Below are positions 9,375 to 20,402 of a stretch of 64,000 nucleotides of DNA, in pieces. Position numbers and translations under genes: made by a program. Under the pieces are notes generated by a model. It was given only the letters and a program-made list of their open reading frames with translations, did not search any database and was not told where the DNA came from. The stretch lies in IMG/VR virus record IMGVR_UViG_2551306257_000001, positions 5,988 to 69,987 of that record; one strand, 5' to 3'. The first letter of the stretch is position 1; each line of letters starts with the position of its first letter. Source of the stretch: a virus (taxonomy: Duplodnaviria > Caudoviricetes).

Positions 9375-9649
9375 GACTCTGCCTGCTTCCTATATGTGAT
9401 TTGATAGTCGTGCAGTTTCTGCTGTAGATAGCGTGGCATGGTTGGCTGGTCTTTGTTGATGTACTGGTAGTAGGTCCAATCGGCAACGAAGGTAACATGG
9501 TGAGGTAGATTCAGGTCAATGGCAATGCCCTTGACTTGCTCTAACTCATCAATAGAGCTTTTGATAAGCTCTGTTAGATACTTGTCTCGTTTGTCAGATT
9601 TGATACCTTCTTTCATCTTGACCAGTTGCAAGACATTTGAATGTTCCAT
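9371..9649 (-). CDS. Head-tail connector protein
   Basis: Position; LVKMKEGI..RDKYLTELI..MPRYLQ. Confidence 0.75.
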   Translation of the reverse strand: MEHSNVLQLVKMKEGIKSDKRDKYLTELIKSSIDELEQVKGIAIDLNLPHHVTFVADWTYYQYINKDQPTMPRYLQQKLHDYQITYRKQAES

Positions 9650-9652
9650 GGC

Positions 9653-9982
9653 TTACTCGCTTTCTTTTGATGTTTTTCTACGAGGTTTGCGAGTTGTAAC
9701 GACTTCCGATGCCAGCTCACTTGCTAACTCGGATACTGATTCAGAAACGCTTTCGCTTACTGATTCGGACACTGACTCAGAAACACTTTCGTTTACTGAT
9801 TCAGAGTGCAGTCTTTCGATTTCCTCTAAAACAGCTACAAGCGGTTCTTCATTCAAACCGTTCAGGTAGTCTGCTCGGTCTTTGGCCGTCACAAACTCCT
9901 CATCTTTTCTCCGAAGGCCAATCGGAGATTGGCTATCGGAAAAAGTTACGAGCGCTTTAACTCTTACATCAACTGACTTCAT
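9653..9982 (-). CDS. Small post-capsid protein with SESV tetrapeptide repeats
   Basis: 109 aa with GGAGG RBS; SESVNESVSESVSESVSESVSESVSEL and a basic C-terminal tail. Confidence 0.75.
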   Translation of the reverse strand: MKSVDVRVKALVTFSDSQSPIGLRRKDEEFVTAKDRADYLNGLNEEPLVAVLEEIERLHSESVNESVSESVSESVSESVSESVSELASELASEVVTTRKPRRKTSKESE

Positions 9983-9992
9983 GGTTTGCCTC

Positions 9993-11408
9993 CTAACCTG
10001 GTGTGTTAGCCTTGTCAGCTGCGAATGTCACATCTGTTGGTTTAGGTGCAACAGCTCCATCTTTGCCAGATGCATTGACTGCCACAAAAGCCTCGCCAAA
10101 GATTGGACGACCATCATATCGTGCAATTCCCTTAAAGACAGTATTGTCTTCGATGAATTGAGCATGTTCAGATTGAGCCATGGTTGCTCCCTCACGTTCT
10201 GCCAAAATGTAAAGCGAACCAAAGCCACCGATAATATGTCCATCTGGGATGAAGTTTAGCTCTTCAACATCACCACCAATAACAGGCAAAGTATTGTCAA
10301 GGCCTGACGCGATCGCTGCAGCCGAGTTGAAACTCATCAGCTTAATCTTCAAAGCTTGATGTGTCTTACGTGACATTGCCCAGAAAACATTGCCGTCTGA
10401 GTAGTCGGCATCAATGACATTTAGCTTAGTAGCCAATTCCTGATAGTATTTGATAGGGTCTGTGATGTTAGCAGGTACTACTGACAAATGAGTAGAATGC
10501 AGATCCGTCCAGTCTGGCTCATTCTGACCCCAGTAGTTAGGTTTTTGGGTTTCTGCTAAGCGAGTCACAATACCGACAGGCATCTTAGTCCCTTTACCGT
10601 AAAGGATAGCCTTATCAAGAGCAAGACCGATAGCCTGAGCAAGCCCCAAAAGAATTTCATTGGCAAGGTTGAGGTCAGAGTCTTTCAAGATAGAATTTGG
10701 TACAGCTGTGAAACCACCAACCTTGTAACCATCCACTTCAACTTGATTGAATTTGAAATCAACTTCATTGAGTTTTCCAATCATTTCCGTCCAAATACCT
10801 TCTGGAATAGTCCCAGCGATATTCTGACGAGCTTCACCCTTGACAGGTTTAAGCCAAACTTTAGTGATCAATTTTGAATATTGGTCCATGTTGTTGCGGA
10901 GCAATTCCAAGAATACTTCTGGGATGGTCAATTCTGAGCCATTGACAGCACGTTTTTCTTGGATGAGGCTGCGAGTATTTTCCAAAAATGTCTTGACTTC
11001 GCTACGTTCAACCAATTCAGTCATAGCAGCACGAGTCAATCCGCCAAAATATTTGTTTCGAGTCATAGTTGCAAGTTCTCCTTTTTGTTTGTTGCGTTGT
11101 TCAGGTTCAGCAGCTGGTTCTTCTTTTGGTTCCACTTTAGGCTCCTTGCCCTCCAATTCAGCCAGTTCTGCTTCGAGTTCATCAATTTCAGCTTGGATAG
11201 CATCTACTTTTTCTTGATGTTCAGCTTGTTCCTGTGTCAAAGTGTCAATTTCTTCTTCGACAGCCTTGATTTCTTCATCAGACCGTGCTTCTTCGATAGC
11301 TGCTTCCAATTGGGCACTACGTTCATCAAAGTTCTTACCGTCGTTCAATTCAGTCAAGTTATCATTCAAGACTTTAATTTTGCGACGGAGCATGAGTTGT
11401 TTTAGCAT
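9993..11408 (-). CDS. Major capsid protein (HK97 fold, N-terminal delta/scaffold coiled coil)
   Basis: 471 aa; acidic coiled-coil N-terminus; FIEDNTVFKGIARYDGRP. Confidence 0.95.
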   Translation of the reverse strand: MLKQLMLRRKIKVLNDNLTELNDGKNFDERSAQLEAAIEEARSDEEIKAVEEEIDTLTQEQAEHQEKVDAIQAEIDELEAELAELEGKEPKVEPKEEPAAEPEQRNKQKGELATMTRNKYFGGLTRAAMTELVERSEVKTFLENTRSLIQEKRAVNGSELTIPEVFLELLRNNMDQYSKLITKVWLKPVKGEARQNIAGTIPEGIWTEMIGKLNEVDFKFNQVEVDGYKVGGFTAVPNSILKDSDLNLANEILLGLAQAIGLALDKAILYGKGTKMPVGIVTRLAETQKPNYWGQNEPDWTDLHSTHLSVVPANITDPIKYYQELATKLNVIDADYSDGNVFWAMSRKTHQALKIKLMSFNSAAAIASGLDNTLPVIGGDVEELNFIPDGHIIGGFGSLYILAEREGATMAQSEHAQFIEDNTVFKGIARYDGRPIFGEAFVAVNASGKDGAVAPKPTDVTFAADKANTPG

Positions 11409-11982
11409 AGTTTAGTTTCTCCTTTAGTTTTTGTTTACGGGACTCTAAGGTCCGTTCTTGTAGATCTTCAAAGTCTCGTTTCCGAGCCTGCACACCCGTT
11501 GCCTCATAGGCAGGGAAGGTTACGATGGACACTTCATGCAAATCAATCTTTTCAATGGTCCATTTTACAGTTCCATCTTCACGAAATTCAGTCGATTCCT
11601 CAACGATGTTGAAACCGAATGAACATTGGTCCACATCGCCACGTTGGACACGGGCGTATAGATTGAGTGCATCTGTATCTTGTTCGTTAATGACAACACG
11701 GGCCCATAGACCTTTGTCATCAACTTTCAAAGTCAATGTCCCGGCCTTATTACGACCAAGGACCAACTCTGTGTTGTGATTGATAAGGGCACGGATGTCA
11801 TTGTCAAGGGTATCATCAAATGCACCGATTTTTATTTCTTCAAAAGCACCAGGCCACAACTCTGTTTCAGAGCCATAGACTGCAAAATAGCCTTCGATAA
11901 CTTTCTCTTGTTGGCCTTCCTGTTGTTCACGGACAGCAAGATTAGATTTGAAGCTACGCGTCAGATAAGCTGCTCTCTCCAC
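11374..11982 (-). CDS. HK97-family prohead protease
   Basis: [38 protein letters not shown]. Confidence 0.95.
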   Translation of the reverse strand: MERAAYLTRSFKSNLAVREQQEGQQEKVIEGYFAVYGSETELWPGAFEEIKIGAFDDTLDNDIRALINHNTELVLGRNKAGTLTLKVDDKGLWARVVINEQDTDALNLYARVQRGDVDQCSFGFNIVEESTEFREDGTVKWTIEKIDLHEVSIVTFPAYEATGVQARKRDFEDLQERTLESRKQKLKEKLNYAKTTHAPSQN

Positions 11983-13195
11983 TATCTTCTCCTTTCTCTA
12001 GTTTCTTCTGATCCCCAATTTTATCAGCAGGTATGAAGTTCTCAAGAATAACCAACTGGTCCAGACCTTCTTCTGGTGGCATATTCAGCCAGTTCCTCAC
12101 TTCATTCCCAGTCACAAGACCTCTGATGTAGAGGTTTTGCCCGACTTCAGCCAGCTCTTTCATGCTGTAGTTCAACAAACTTCGATAATTGAACAACCAG
12201 TAATGATTTGGGGAATAAAGGAGCTTGCTAGTCATCTCGTGTTGAATGATGTCTGCAAACTCCTTTATTGTATTAGTGACAAAGTTGTCATATTCTTCCT
12301 TGTTGAATTTACCTACGCCAAGGAAAAAGGCGGGTACTCTCAAAATACCTGCGAGCGTAGTCTTGTCAACTTCTACCGAATCCTTGATTGCTATATCATT
12401 TAGACTAAGAGGCTTGACCTGTTGAACTTCCATCATTTCTGCTGGGATAATCCACGGTTTCCCAGCAGATGATTGTTTGAGATACATATCAAAGACTTCG
12501 TCACGACCTTCCTGTGAGGATAATGCGGCCGTATTGGCATCTGTTTTGACAATCAATGACGGCATGTACTTTCCTGACATAAACTCGTTTTTAGTGGCTG
12601 AGGCTTGCTTTAGGTTTCTAAGCAAATCAGAAAGTACGACACGATATCCTTGCCCTTTCCATGGTTTCTCTGGATCGGCATTGATGGAGAAGTGTAGCAC
12701 TTCGTCAGGCGAGAAGACCGTATCATAGTCATAGACTACTTGATAGTCAAATGCATCCCCTTGGAAGGATACTTTAGACGGTGGCAAAGGTTTTAGGTCT
12801 TGAATTAACCCCTCTTTGTCAACGATTGGATAGATGATGCTATTGCCGTCGCCCTCCAAAATCATTGTTCGGACAATGTTGTATATCCATTTCTTCCGAC
12901 TCATCCACTTGTAAGGATTGATATCAATCTTTCTGGACAGTTCGTTTTTGATTCGGACGTCGCCATTCTCTCTATTTTCCATGAGGTGAATAGTCATTGA
13001 CGAAACCAGGCTTGCAATCTTGTGGACTGCTATGTGCACCTCTGGGCAATCAGACAATCTGGTGTATCCATTGGTGACCATTGTTCTGAAGTAATCCTCG
13101 TTGACAAACATCTGAAAACTAGAAGACGGCTCGGACCGTATCTTGTTTGAATTTTTCGGTTTGCGTTTACTCAATTTTTTGCTCCTTTCAACCAA
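11954..13195 (-). CDS. Portal protein (HK97 family)
   Basis: Position between terminase and protease; [26 protein letters not shown]. Confidence 0.93.
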   Translation of the reverse strand: MVERSKKLSKRKPKNSNKIRSEPSSSFQMFVNEDYFRTMVTNGYTRLSDCPEVHIAVHKIASLVSSMTIHLMENRENGDVRIKNELSRKIDINPYKWMSRKKWIYNIVRTMILEGDGNSIIYPIVDKEGLIQDLKPLPPSKVSFQGDAFDYQVVYDYDTVFSPDEVLHFSINADPEKPWKGQGYRVVLSDLLRNLKQASATKNEFMSGKYMPSLIVKTDANTAALSSQEGRDEVFDMYLKQSSAGKPWIIPAEMMEVQQVKPLSLNDIAIKDSVEVDKTTLAGILRVPAFFLGVGKFNKEEYDNFVTNTIKEFADIIQHEMTSKLLYSPNHYWLFNYRSLLNYSMKELAEVGQNLYIRGLVTGNEVRNWLNMPPEEGLDQLVILENFIPADKIGDQKKLEKGEDSGESSLSDA

Positions 13196-14910
13196 TCACT
13201 TACATATCCACCTTTCTCTGTGTCCTCTAGCATTTGGCATGCTGCAAAGACTGCTGCGTCAAAAAGGTCAATGCGTGATGTCTTTTCTACTTTTTCGTAT
13301 TGAATCATATCATCTACTTTTTCAATTCCTCGAACATTCGACACGCAGTATTCGAATGCGGTGCTGTGGCAATAATAAAGCTGACCGTTATAGGCCTTGA
13401 CTTCTATACGGCGGAATCCCTCTGACTTTTTCCAGTAATACTGCGGTGCATCGACAATCGTAAAGCCTGACCTCTTCATTCCAGTAAAAAAGTCTCGACC
13501 AAACTTCTTATCAAAGCCAATTTTCTGGATTTTGAAGCCCTTGTCCCTCATAGATTTAAACCAATTGATGACGTCATCATAGGAAACGGTTGGTGTGTTA
13601 CTCATAGTCAAATTGCCGTCCTGTTCCCAACCAAATAATGGGATACCGTCATCGTTAGCTTTCTCATGGGCGGCCATACGCGGAAAGAAGGCATGGGTGA
13701 TAACAATATCTATACCTTCATACTGCCCATATAGAGCAGCTGCTGTTAAGTCATGAAGCTTCGATAAGTCGGCACCACCAAACCACTTGATAGGCAACCG
13801 AGCCAACTCTTCTAAGCTCCAATTGTACTTATCATCCGAATTGATGAAGGTTTGGAGGTCGAAGTAAGCAGTCATCGAGTTCGTGAAAATATTCAAAGTC
13901 TTATTGAAAAATTCATTCCTGGTCTGTGGGTCGGCATAAGCAACCTCTGCATCATGCAACAACTCGCTCAACTCTACGGTAACTCCTAACGATGGATTGG
14001 CTCGTTGAATGTGGATTGGGTCCGTGAAGTCTATAATCTTTCCGTCCGCATCGGCATCGGCATCACAGATAAAAATGAAGAAGCTATCATCTTCAATCAA
14101 ATCATCTAGGACCTTGTCGCAATACTTCAACCGCTGGGCTAAGAAACCATTTGGTTTGTCCCCTGCCGTCGTAATCGCCATAAGCAATTTATTCCGAAAA
14201 GCCCGTTGGGCATTTTTCATCAGCGTGTACTTCTTAGATGACTTCATCCCATGGATTTCGTCCAAGATGATGATGTTACCGTTGAATGAGTCTAGGTTGT
14301 CCTCTTCTGAAGCCAGTGCATTGATGATGAATGAGCCATTGGAAAATTCTTTTCGGATGCTGTGCTCATTATTGTTATCCTTGATTCTGATTGACTTGTC
14401 CTTCCAGTATTTAACCGTGTGAGAAATGAAATCGAAACTTTCACGGGTCTGTTTTAATGAGTTTGCCAGGATATAAGCATTGGTCCCGCTCTTATTTTCC
14501 AGAACGGACATGGCCAAGCAGATTGCGGAAGCAAAGGGAGTCTTTCCGTTTTTACGAGGTAACATAAAAAGGGCCTCTGTAAATCTTCGGATGGAGGTCC
14601 CCTTTTTGAAAAATCCAAATAAATTGACAATACAGAATTTTTGCCAGTCTTGCAAAATGAATGGAACATTGGTCAGCGGTTTCCCTTCTAGCGATTCGCC
14701 TTTCCTGTGAACAACCAGCCCCTCAATGAACTTTATTACAAATTCAAATTGTTCTGAACGAAAATCAAACTTTCCACTGGCAAGGTCTTTTAGAAATCTG
14801 GCACAGGCCTTTGCCCGTCGCTTCCCTGCAATAATTGTGCCCGCAACAACATCTTCTGCATATTGCTTTGCGATTTGGAAGTCAGTGAGAATTTTTTGAG
14901 CTCTTGTCAT
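13171..14910 (-). CDS. terL: Terminase large subunit
   Basis: Walker A PRKNGKT, Walker B IILDEIH, ITTAG coupling motif, GADLS nuclease motif. Confidence 0.96.
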   Translation of the reverse strand: MTRAQKILTDFQIAKQYAEDVVAGTIIAGKRRAKACARFLKDLASGKFDFRSEQFEFVIKFIEGLVVHRKGESLEGKPLTNVPFILQDWQKFCIVNLFGFFKKGTSIRRFTEALFMLPRKNGKTPFASAICLAMSVLENKSGTNAYILANSLKQTRESFDFISHTVKYWKDKSIRIKDNNNEHSIRKEFSNGSFIINALASEEDNLDSFNGNIIILDEIHGMKSSKKYTLMKNAQRAFRNKLLMAITTAGDKPNGFLAQRLKYCDKVLDDLIEDDSFFIFICDADADADGKIIDFTDPIHIQRANPSLGVTVELSELLHDAEVAYADPQTRNEFFNKTLNIFTNSMTAYFDLQTFINSDDKYNWSLEELARLPIKWFGGADLSKLHDLTAAALYGQYEGIDIVITHAFFPRMAAHEKANDDGIPLFGWEQDGNLTMSNTPTVSYDDVINWFKSMRDKGFKIQKIGFDKKFGRDFFTGMKRSGFTIVDAPQYYWKKSEGFRRIEVKAYNGQLYYCHSTAFEYCVSNVRGIEKVDDMIQYEKVEKTSRIDLFDAAVFAACQMLEDTEKGGYVSDWLKGAKN

Positions 14911-15272
14911 GTTAAGTTGGCAATCAACCCTTCCAGTCCACCAGCTTCCTTATCTGGTTTTATCACTTCCACATTAGCAGCTTTTGGATTCAGCTGCAGT
15001 CGGTCTGAGTATGTCAGGATATCCTTGCGAAGATTCTCCATGGTTTGAACTAGCGGAGTTTTTCGTTCCACGATCGTACCACGAGATGTCTCATGCTCTT
15101 CTGTCACTTGTGACCCGTTGGCAATAAACTCTTCCCGTGCTATGTGGTAGTCATATAGCAAACCTGAATAGATTTCTATGAGGTCGTCGTAGTGCTTAGA
15201 ATAGGTCCTCATTTCTTTCATTGACTTCACAGTCCTGTTCTTAAAAGTGTTCTGGGTAATTGGTCTAGCCAA
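14907..15272 (-). CDS. terS: Terminase small subunit (P27-like)
   Basis: Upstream of terL; TTG start behind GGAGGTG; LQLNPKA motif. Confidence 0.85.
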   Translation of the reverse strand: MARPITQNTFKNRTVKSMKEMRTYSKHYDDLIEIYSGLLYDYHIAREEFIANGSQVTEEHETSRGTIVERKTPLVQTMENLRKDILTYSDRLQLNPKAANVEVIKPDKEAGGLEGLIANLT

Positions 15273-15364
15273 TTTCTCACCTCCTTCCCAATTTTGTGTT
15301 AGAAATCGTTGCACAAAATTCTCAAAATGTTGAAGGGAGGGAAAAACTTCTCCTTCCCGGTCCT

Positions 15365-15718
15365 CTAATGGCTTTGAGAATTTTTGTTATGAGGGGGGGC
15401 TTTCCTAGATTCGAAGAATTGTTCAAACTCTTTTTTTCTTTTCCGTTGCCAGTAAAGACCTTGCCCTATGACTTTGTCATTCTTCCTGTCATGGAATGTT
15501 CCGTGGATCTTGTTGGTCAAGCTAATCACATTCCACGACGTAAACTCCAATTCTGGATACTCTGAAACTGGGTAAATGTGGTGGACCATTTCAGCTTGTA
15601 CTTCAACTCCATACCTCAAAGATTCTTGACAGAGGTACTTGTCACGTTTCAAGGTCCGACTACGAAACTTCTCCCAGCGACTAGACTTCAATGTTTTTCG
15701 GACTGGTTTAAAGGGCAT
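15365..15718 (-). CDS. HNH endonuclease (packaging-associated)
   Basis: RWEKFR..RDKYLCQ..VHHIYP..NVISL..H..FH, adjacent to terS as in cos phages. Confidence 0.9.
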   Translation of the reverse strand: MPFKPVRKTLKSSRWEKFRSRTLKRDKYLCQESLRYGVEVQAEMVHHIYPVSEYPELEFTSWNVISLTNKIHGTFHDRKNDKVIGQGLYWQRKRKKEFEQFFESRKAPPHNKNSQSH

Positions 15719-15905
15719 CGTTAAGACCGGCAAAGATAATCGTGCCATTAAATAGTTTTGCTAACTCTTCTGCTTGCTCTAACGAAAATGTATCAGTACG
15801 CATGTAGCTATTTGTTATTGGAGACCCTACTACATACCCAAAAATACCACGAGGCCACTCTCGCTTAAATACATATCCATTCGTTGTCAAGACTCTGTAC
15901 ACCAT
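15708..15905 (-). CDS. Hypothetical phage protein
   Basis: 65 aa ORF with AAAGGAG RBS. Confidence 0.55.
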   Translation of the reverse strand: MVYRVLTTNGYVFKREWPRGIFGYVVGSPITNSYMRTDTFSLEQAEELAKLFNGTIIFAGLNDAL

Positions 15906-15996
15906 CGCCTTCTCCTTTCCGAAACAGAAAAAGACAACCTGTCCAGCTGTCCTAATTGTTTACAAAAATTCATGATACAAATATAACACTAAAATC

Positions 15997-16957
15997 GTGA
16001 GAAAAATAGTACCCTTTTTTCTCATTTTTTAAACAACCCTTGACAACAGAATTTTAGGTGCAAAAACTATACCAATTTCTCTTTGAATTATCTTCAACAC
16101 ATATTGTGTCAAATTTCTCTTTTTTTCAAACTGCTTGATATTATTGGTTTTCCAAACACTTGTTTTTTCGAATTTAACAATTCTCATTGTGTAACATTCG
16201 CTACTTGCCAAGTTTGAAACTAGCAAATGCTCGGTCCTGTTGGTCTTGGTTGATACCGATATATCTTTTTGTAATTGCTGGGCTGGAATGGTTGAATAGG
16301 TCCATAAGCATTGCGATGTCCTTATGCTTCTTGTAGTAGTGATAGCCAAAGGTCTTCCTCATTGTGTGAGTCCCGACATTTTCGATACCGCAGTCGAGAG
16401 CGGCAATCTTGATGATGCAGTAAGCAGCCTGTCTGGTAATTGGTTTGTTTTTTCCTTTTCGACTTTGGAAAAGGTAATCTCCTACTTTCTTACCTTTGAT
16501 GTATCTTTCTATCTCCCTCTTCAAAAGAGAGTTCATCTTGATTCGTTTTCGCTTTTTGGTCTTCTTCTCGATCACAATTATGTAATGACCACGGATGTTT
16601 GAGACTTTCAAAATAACGATGTCAGATATCCTCAAGCTCGTATTGATTCCTATCAAGAACATGATATAGTTGCGTTCATTCCATTCACGTAGATAGTCGC
16701 ACATCATATCAATGTCCTCAGTGCTTCGAATGGGCTCAACGTAGTTCATTTGATTCCCCTCCTTTCTTAACTCAAGTAAAAAGGCCAGTGCATTTCTGCA
16801 ACTGACCTACTGTTTGTCGGGCGAGTTCTGGTTTTTCTTGAAAGGTGTTCCTCTGAAAAATAAAAGGCTCTTGCGGGTATCTATCCTTCTTCTCGTTCCG
16901 ACATTATCATATTAACACCATTTTTGTGAGAAAAACAGTACCCTTTTTTCTCATTTT
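15997..16957. repeat. Two 32-bp direct repeats (15997-16028 and 16926-16957), each an imperfect palindrome; probable late-activator boxes
   Basis: GTGAGAAAAA(T/C)AGTACCCTTTTTTCTCATTTT, one mismatch between copies. Confidence 0.85.
16201..16749 (-). CDS. Small tyrosine recombinase (catalytic domain only)
   Basis: LRISD, HTMRKTFGY, FNHSS, TKRYIG: R-H-R-H-Y catalytic set. Confidence 0.92.
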   Translation of the reverse strand: MNYVEPIRSTEDIDMMCDYLREWNERNYIMFLIGINTSLRISDIVILKVSNIRGHYIIVIEKKTKKRKRIKMNSLLKREIERYIKGKKVGDYLFQSRKGKNKPITRQAAYCIIKIAALDCGIENVGTHTMRKTFGYHYYKKHKDIAMLMDLFNHSSPAITKRYIGINQDQQDRAFASFKLGK

Positions 16958-17360
16958 ACAAGTGACCTTTTAGCTCTGCGTACTGCTCAAGAATAATCGC
17001 TCGTCTCCTGTAGATTGTGGCTAAACTCATGAATTTCTTGTCTGCGATTTCTTCCCATTTTAGACATGGATACTCCCAGCGTAGATGAAACAGCTCTCGA
17101 TCTTCATCGGTCAACAAGTCAAGTAACTTCTCAACCAAGGTCTTAAATGCTTCGAGATATCTAATCGTTGGGTCGCTGTCCCACTTGATGACAATAGCTT
17201 CAGTTGGTTTACTTACCCCGCCTGAACGAATACCCATTTCATCATTGCTATTTCTAGCAGATAGTTCAAGTTGCATATTCCTGATTGAGCGGTCAATAGA
17301 CCGATACTTGTTGAGTTCTGAGTCGAGTCGCGATAGCTCTCTTTTGTCAAGTCGTGTCAA
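16956..17360 (-). CDS. ArpU/RinA-family late transcriptional activator
   Basis: SKPTE motif, C-terminal HTH WEEIADKKFMSLATIYRRR; probable TTG start at 17360. Confidence 0.85.
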   Translation of the reverse strand: MTRLDKRELSRLDSELNKYRSIDRSIRNMQLELSARNSNDEMGIRSGGVSKPTEAIVIKWDSDPTIRYLEAFKTLVEKLLDLLTDEDRELFHLRWEYPCLKWEEIADKKFMSLATIYRRRAIILEQYAELKGHL

Positions 17361-17571
17361 ATTGCTTACTCCAATCTTTAAAATTTTGCGATGCCTTCCG
17401 AGAGACTTCAGCGATTGCATTAAATACCTCGCTAAAGGCCACACCTATTTGGTGCAGTGCTTTATTGATTTCTGCTGGATTCTGACCTAGCTGTTCCAAC
17501 AGTTCTGCAATCTCCTGTTGTTTTTTTAGTTCAGCTTGTTTTGCCTTCTTTTTCCTTATCCTCTTGTTCAT
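17347..17571 (-). CDS. Hypothetical phage protein
   Basis: MNKRIRKKK start typical of streptococcal phage early genes. Confidence 0.65.
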   Translation of the reverse strand: MNKRIRKKKAKQAELKKQQEIAELLEQLGQNPAEINKALHQIGVAFSEVFNAIAEVSRKASQNFKDWSKQFDTT

Positions 17572-17689
17572 CTCGCCCCTCCTTGTAACCCGATAGATAC
17601 TTGATGCACTCTGCGAAATAGGTACAGGCTACCCACACAATAAATGCTGTCAGAAACGGATGTCGTGCCATAAATTCATAACCGTTCAT
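17531..17689 (-). CDS. Small membrane protein, 52 aa
   Basis: Hand-translated MNGYEFMARHPFLTAFIVWVACTYFAECIKYLSG..; AGGAG RBS. Confidence 0.55.
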   Translation of the reverse strand: MNGYEFMARHPFLTAFIVWVACTYFAECIKYLSGYKEGRDEQEDKEKEGKTS

Positions 17690-17699
17690 CTATTTTCTC

Positions 17700-18095
17700 C
17701 TAATCTACTGTCTTGACTTCCAGCGGCAGCCACATCTTCGGATTGAAGTTGATAGTGTAGTCGTAATTCGACACATCCTTTGTCTTCACATCCTGGACTA
17801 CATAAGACACATTATCAGATAGCCCGATGATATGTTTTTGATATTCCTCATCGGCAGTTTCGACTAAAATTTCCAGTTGATTATCTGTCGTGTCTGCTAC
17901 AATCGACATCCGACCGCTCATCTCGAACATCACATCATTTGTGATTGCGTTCAATACTGTAACCTTTCGGACCACGTTGAAATTGTCTGCCTCTTCCGAC
18001 AAATTGTGTCGGACCACATCGGCTTGTCTTTCACAACCTGCCAACACTCCGATAAGTCCAACAAATACTAATGCTAGTCTAATCTTGTTTTTCAT
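17700..18095 (-). CDS. Phage lipoprotein
   Basis: Signal peptide with lipobox LAGC. Confidence 0.75.
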   Translation of the reverse strand: MKNKIRLALVFVGLIGVLAGCERQADVVRHNLSEEADNFNVVRKVTVLNAITNDVMFEMSGRMSIVADTTDNQLEILVETADEEYQKHIIGLSDNVSYVVQDVKTKDVSNYDYTINFNPKMWLPLEVKTVD

Positions 18096-18107
18096 TATTT
18101 ATCCTCC

Positions 18108-18842
18108 CTACGCTAAAATAGTCAAATGCTCCTGCTCTCCTAACTTTTCTTTGAGGTAGGCAGCTACATTGTTGACAGCTTCCAAGGTCCATGCCCCTCC
18201 GTCAGCTTCAAAGAGTGCCAACTGGGCCCGACCATTGATGCGGAATACAAACTGGCTTTCGGGTTGAACAACTTCTGTAAATGTTCGGTAGGGAGCAAGT
18301 TGGATTGGATTTGGCACTATGCCTTTGGCTAGTGATGCGACACCATTTTTGACCGTGGCAACCTGGGACACGCCATTGTCAACAACTTCAGACCCTTCTT
18401 TGATTTCCAAGTGACTTGCAAAGTTAATCATAGAAGCTCTGTCTTCATTTGCGACAAAACCAGCCTGTGCCTGAATGATAAAGGCTTCTTGCGGCATAAA
18501 TTGCTCAAGCGTGATATGTGGTAGCGTGGCCACAACTTCGACTAGCTTGGTCCGATTCTCTAATTCGTCATTTTCAGAGTAGACACAAACGGTTGTTGGA
18601 TCTTCCACCAGCACAATCAATTGCTGTTTCTTCAGTTCGTCCAAGCCAGACTTGAGATAATCTACTAGACTTGCGAGGGTACGAAGATTGAGGGCTGCTG
18701 GATAGCGTTTGGGCTCTAGTTCACGATAGCTGTGGGTATTGGCATCATAATATTCTTTTCCGCTTTCGCTGGTGATAGTTTCACGAGCCATTTCGTGTAG
18801 CTCAACTGCGTACTCAAGTGCATCTCTTGTAATTTCTGACAT
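18108..18842 (-). CDS. Conserved phage protein (DUF2303-like)
   Basis: LAPYRTFTEVVQPESQFVFRI..ALFEADGGAW pattern; paired with the next gene. Confidence 0.65.
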   Translation of the reverse strand: MSEITRDALEYAVELHEMARETITSESGKEYYDANTHSYRELEPKRYPAALNLRTLASLVDYLKSGLDELKKQQLIVLVEDPTTVCVYSENDELENRTKLVEVVATLPHITLEQFMPQEAFIIQAQAGFVANEDRASMINFASHLEIKEGSEVVDNGVSQVATVKNGVASLAKGIVPNPIQLAPYRTFTEVVQPESQFVFRINGRAQLALFEADGGAWTLEAVNNVAAYLKEKLGEQEHLTILA

Positions 18843-18843
18843 A

Positions 18844-19269
18844 TTAGTTTCCTACTTTCTTTTTAAAATCAATGATTGCTGGATTGTCTTCTTTTTCTAT
18901 TTCGTCGATAGGTTGGCCTGTATCAGTCCGCAATACTGCGTCATTGTCAAAAAATGTTTGACCAGGCATTGCACTCAGCAATTCGTTCGCATGGATTTCG
19001 CCTGTCTCGTAATTTTGACCGACTAAGATAGTCGTCGATAGCTTGACTTGCGGAGCCAATTTAGATTTGACTTCCATGATAGTGTCGACAGAGTTCCGCT
19101 GGTCATTCGGTTTCAAGACCAGCTTGATAGACACTTCCCGCTTGACCGTCGGATCAGTATTGGGGTCCAAGATGTTCTCGATGACCCGTGCCAATTCGTT
19201 GTTGAGTTTTTCCTGCAGACCGCCGTCTGCAATGCTAGATAAATCTAGTCCGATAATATTTTTTGCCAT
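18844..19269 (-). CDS. Conserved phage protein (often annotated replication terminator-like)
   Basis: GGLQEKLN..VIENILDPNT..KREVSIKL..KSKLAP. Confidence 0.65.
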   Translation of the reverse strand: MAKNIIGLDLSSIADGGLQEKLNNELARVIENILDPNTDPTVKREVSIKLVLKPNDQRNSVDTIMEVKSKLAPQVKLSTTILVGQNYETGEIHANELLSAMPGQTFFDNDAVLRTDTGQPIDEIEKEDNPAIIDFKKKVGN

Positions 19270-19278
19270 GTCTTCCTC

Positions 19279-19905
19279 CTAGCTGCAACCACAGCCATTG
19301 CCGTTGAATTTTTCTTTCAGTGCTTCAATCTCTGCTGTTACGCGACCAAGTAGCCGCCCCTCTTGTTCCAGGTCTCCATCTCTAGGATTGGCCCTAGCCA
19401 TGTGTGTCTGGATTGCGTGTTTTACGATATGCAAGTCCCGATAATTTAGATTCATTTTGTACCCCACTTTCTACGATTTGCTTTCTGGGACATAGCAGAG
19501 CTTCTAGTCATGTCCCACTCAAATTCCAAGATTTTCTCTGCTAATCCGACAGCTACCTTATGCAATCGCTCCTTATCAGATTCCAGCTGCTCCACTTTGC
19601 TTTCTAATTCTTCAATTTCCGCGTAGGCTCTTGCTTTCTCCTCTTGCAAAAATTGATGTTCGCTCAGTAGACTTGCCAAGTTGATTTCAACTTGTAGACT
19701 ATTTGGGATAATCTTAATTCCCTTGTACACCATTTGTAACTCCTTTGTATTTATTGTCCTGACAATACTTTGTCATCCGATCTAATTCCTGACGAAATTC
19801 ATTGTCAGATAACTTCATCAGTCTGACTTTGTCCGACATCCGAATAATGCAGTCGTTGGCTACGGACCAGCTCTGCATCGCGAAAAGTCTATCAACACCG
19901 TCCAT
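19279..19905 (-). CDS. Three small hypothetical early genes (19279-19467, 19452-19733, 19714-19905)
   Basis: Overlapping, apparently coupled ORFs co-oriented with the early operon. Confidence 0.55.
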
Positions 19906-19937
19906 TATTCCTCCTTTGAAAATTCGTTATATACCTC

Positions 19938-20402
19938 CTAAAATTTTACAAATGTCATCCAGTGGGTAGTCCCACGCTGTTGACCAAAGAGTGGCTGATG
20001 CGGTACTAATTCCAAGATTTCTTTGACATTTACCTGGGCATCGGACCACTTAAAGATTAGCGTTCCACCCGTTTTCAGTACCCTAAAACACTCTTCGAAT
20101 CCTTGCTGTAGGTCAATTCTCCATGTTAGCAAATCCAGCTGACCATATTGAGCCCTCATAAACGATTTTTGGCCAGCCCATAACAAGTGCGGTGGATCAA
20201 ACACAACCACGTTGAAGGTTTCATCCTCGAACGGCATATCGCGAAAATCAGCAACCACATCTGGCTTTGCCTTTATTTTCTTTCCGTGGATTTCAAATTC
20301 TTCTTCTCGTTTATCCATATAGGTTGTGTGAGGTTCGGCCTTATCAAACCAAAACATACGACTGCCGCAACAGGCATCTAATATCCTTATTTCAGACATC
20401 AA
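19938..20402 (-). CDS. SAM-dependent DNA methyltransferase
   Basis: ILDACCGSRMFW motif I and VFDPPH catalytic motif. Confidence 0.85.
   Translation of the reverse strand: MMSEIRILDACCGSRMFWFDKAEPHTTYMDKREEEFEIHGKKIKAKPDVVADFRDMPFEDETFNVVVFDPPHLLWAGQKSFMRAQYGQLDLLTWRIDLQQGFEECFRVLKTGGTLIFKWSDAQVNVKEILELVPHQPLFGQQRGTTHWMTFVKF

Noticed and set aside
15330-15400. Exact cos site
   Set aside because: HNH-terS context suggests cos packaging here, but I cannot identify the cohesive sequence from this window alone
16029-16349. 106-aa ORF overlapping the small recombinase
   Set aside because: Alternative-frame overlap, no RBS, no recognisable motif
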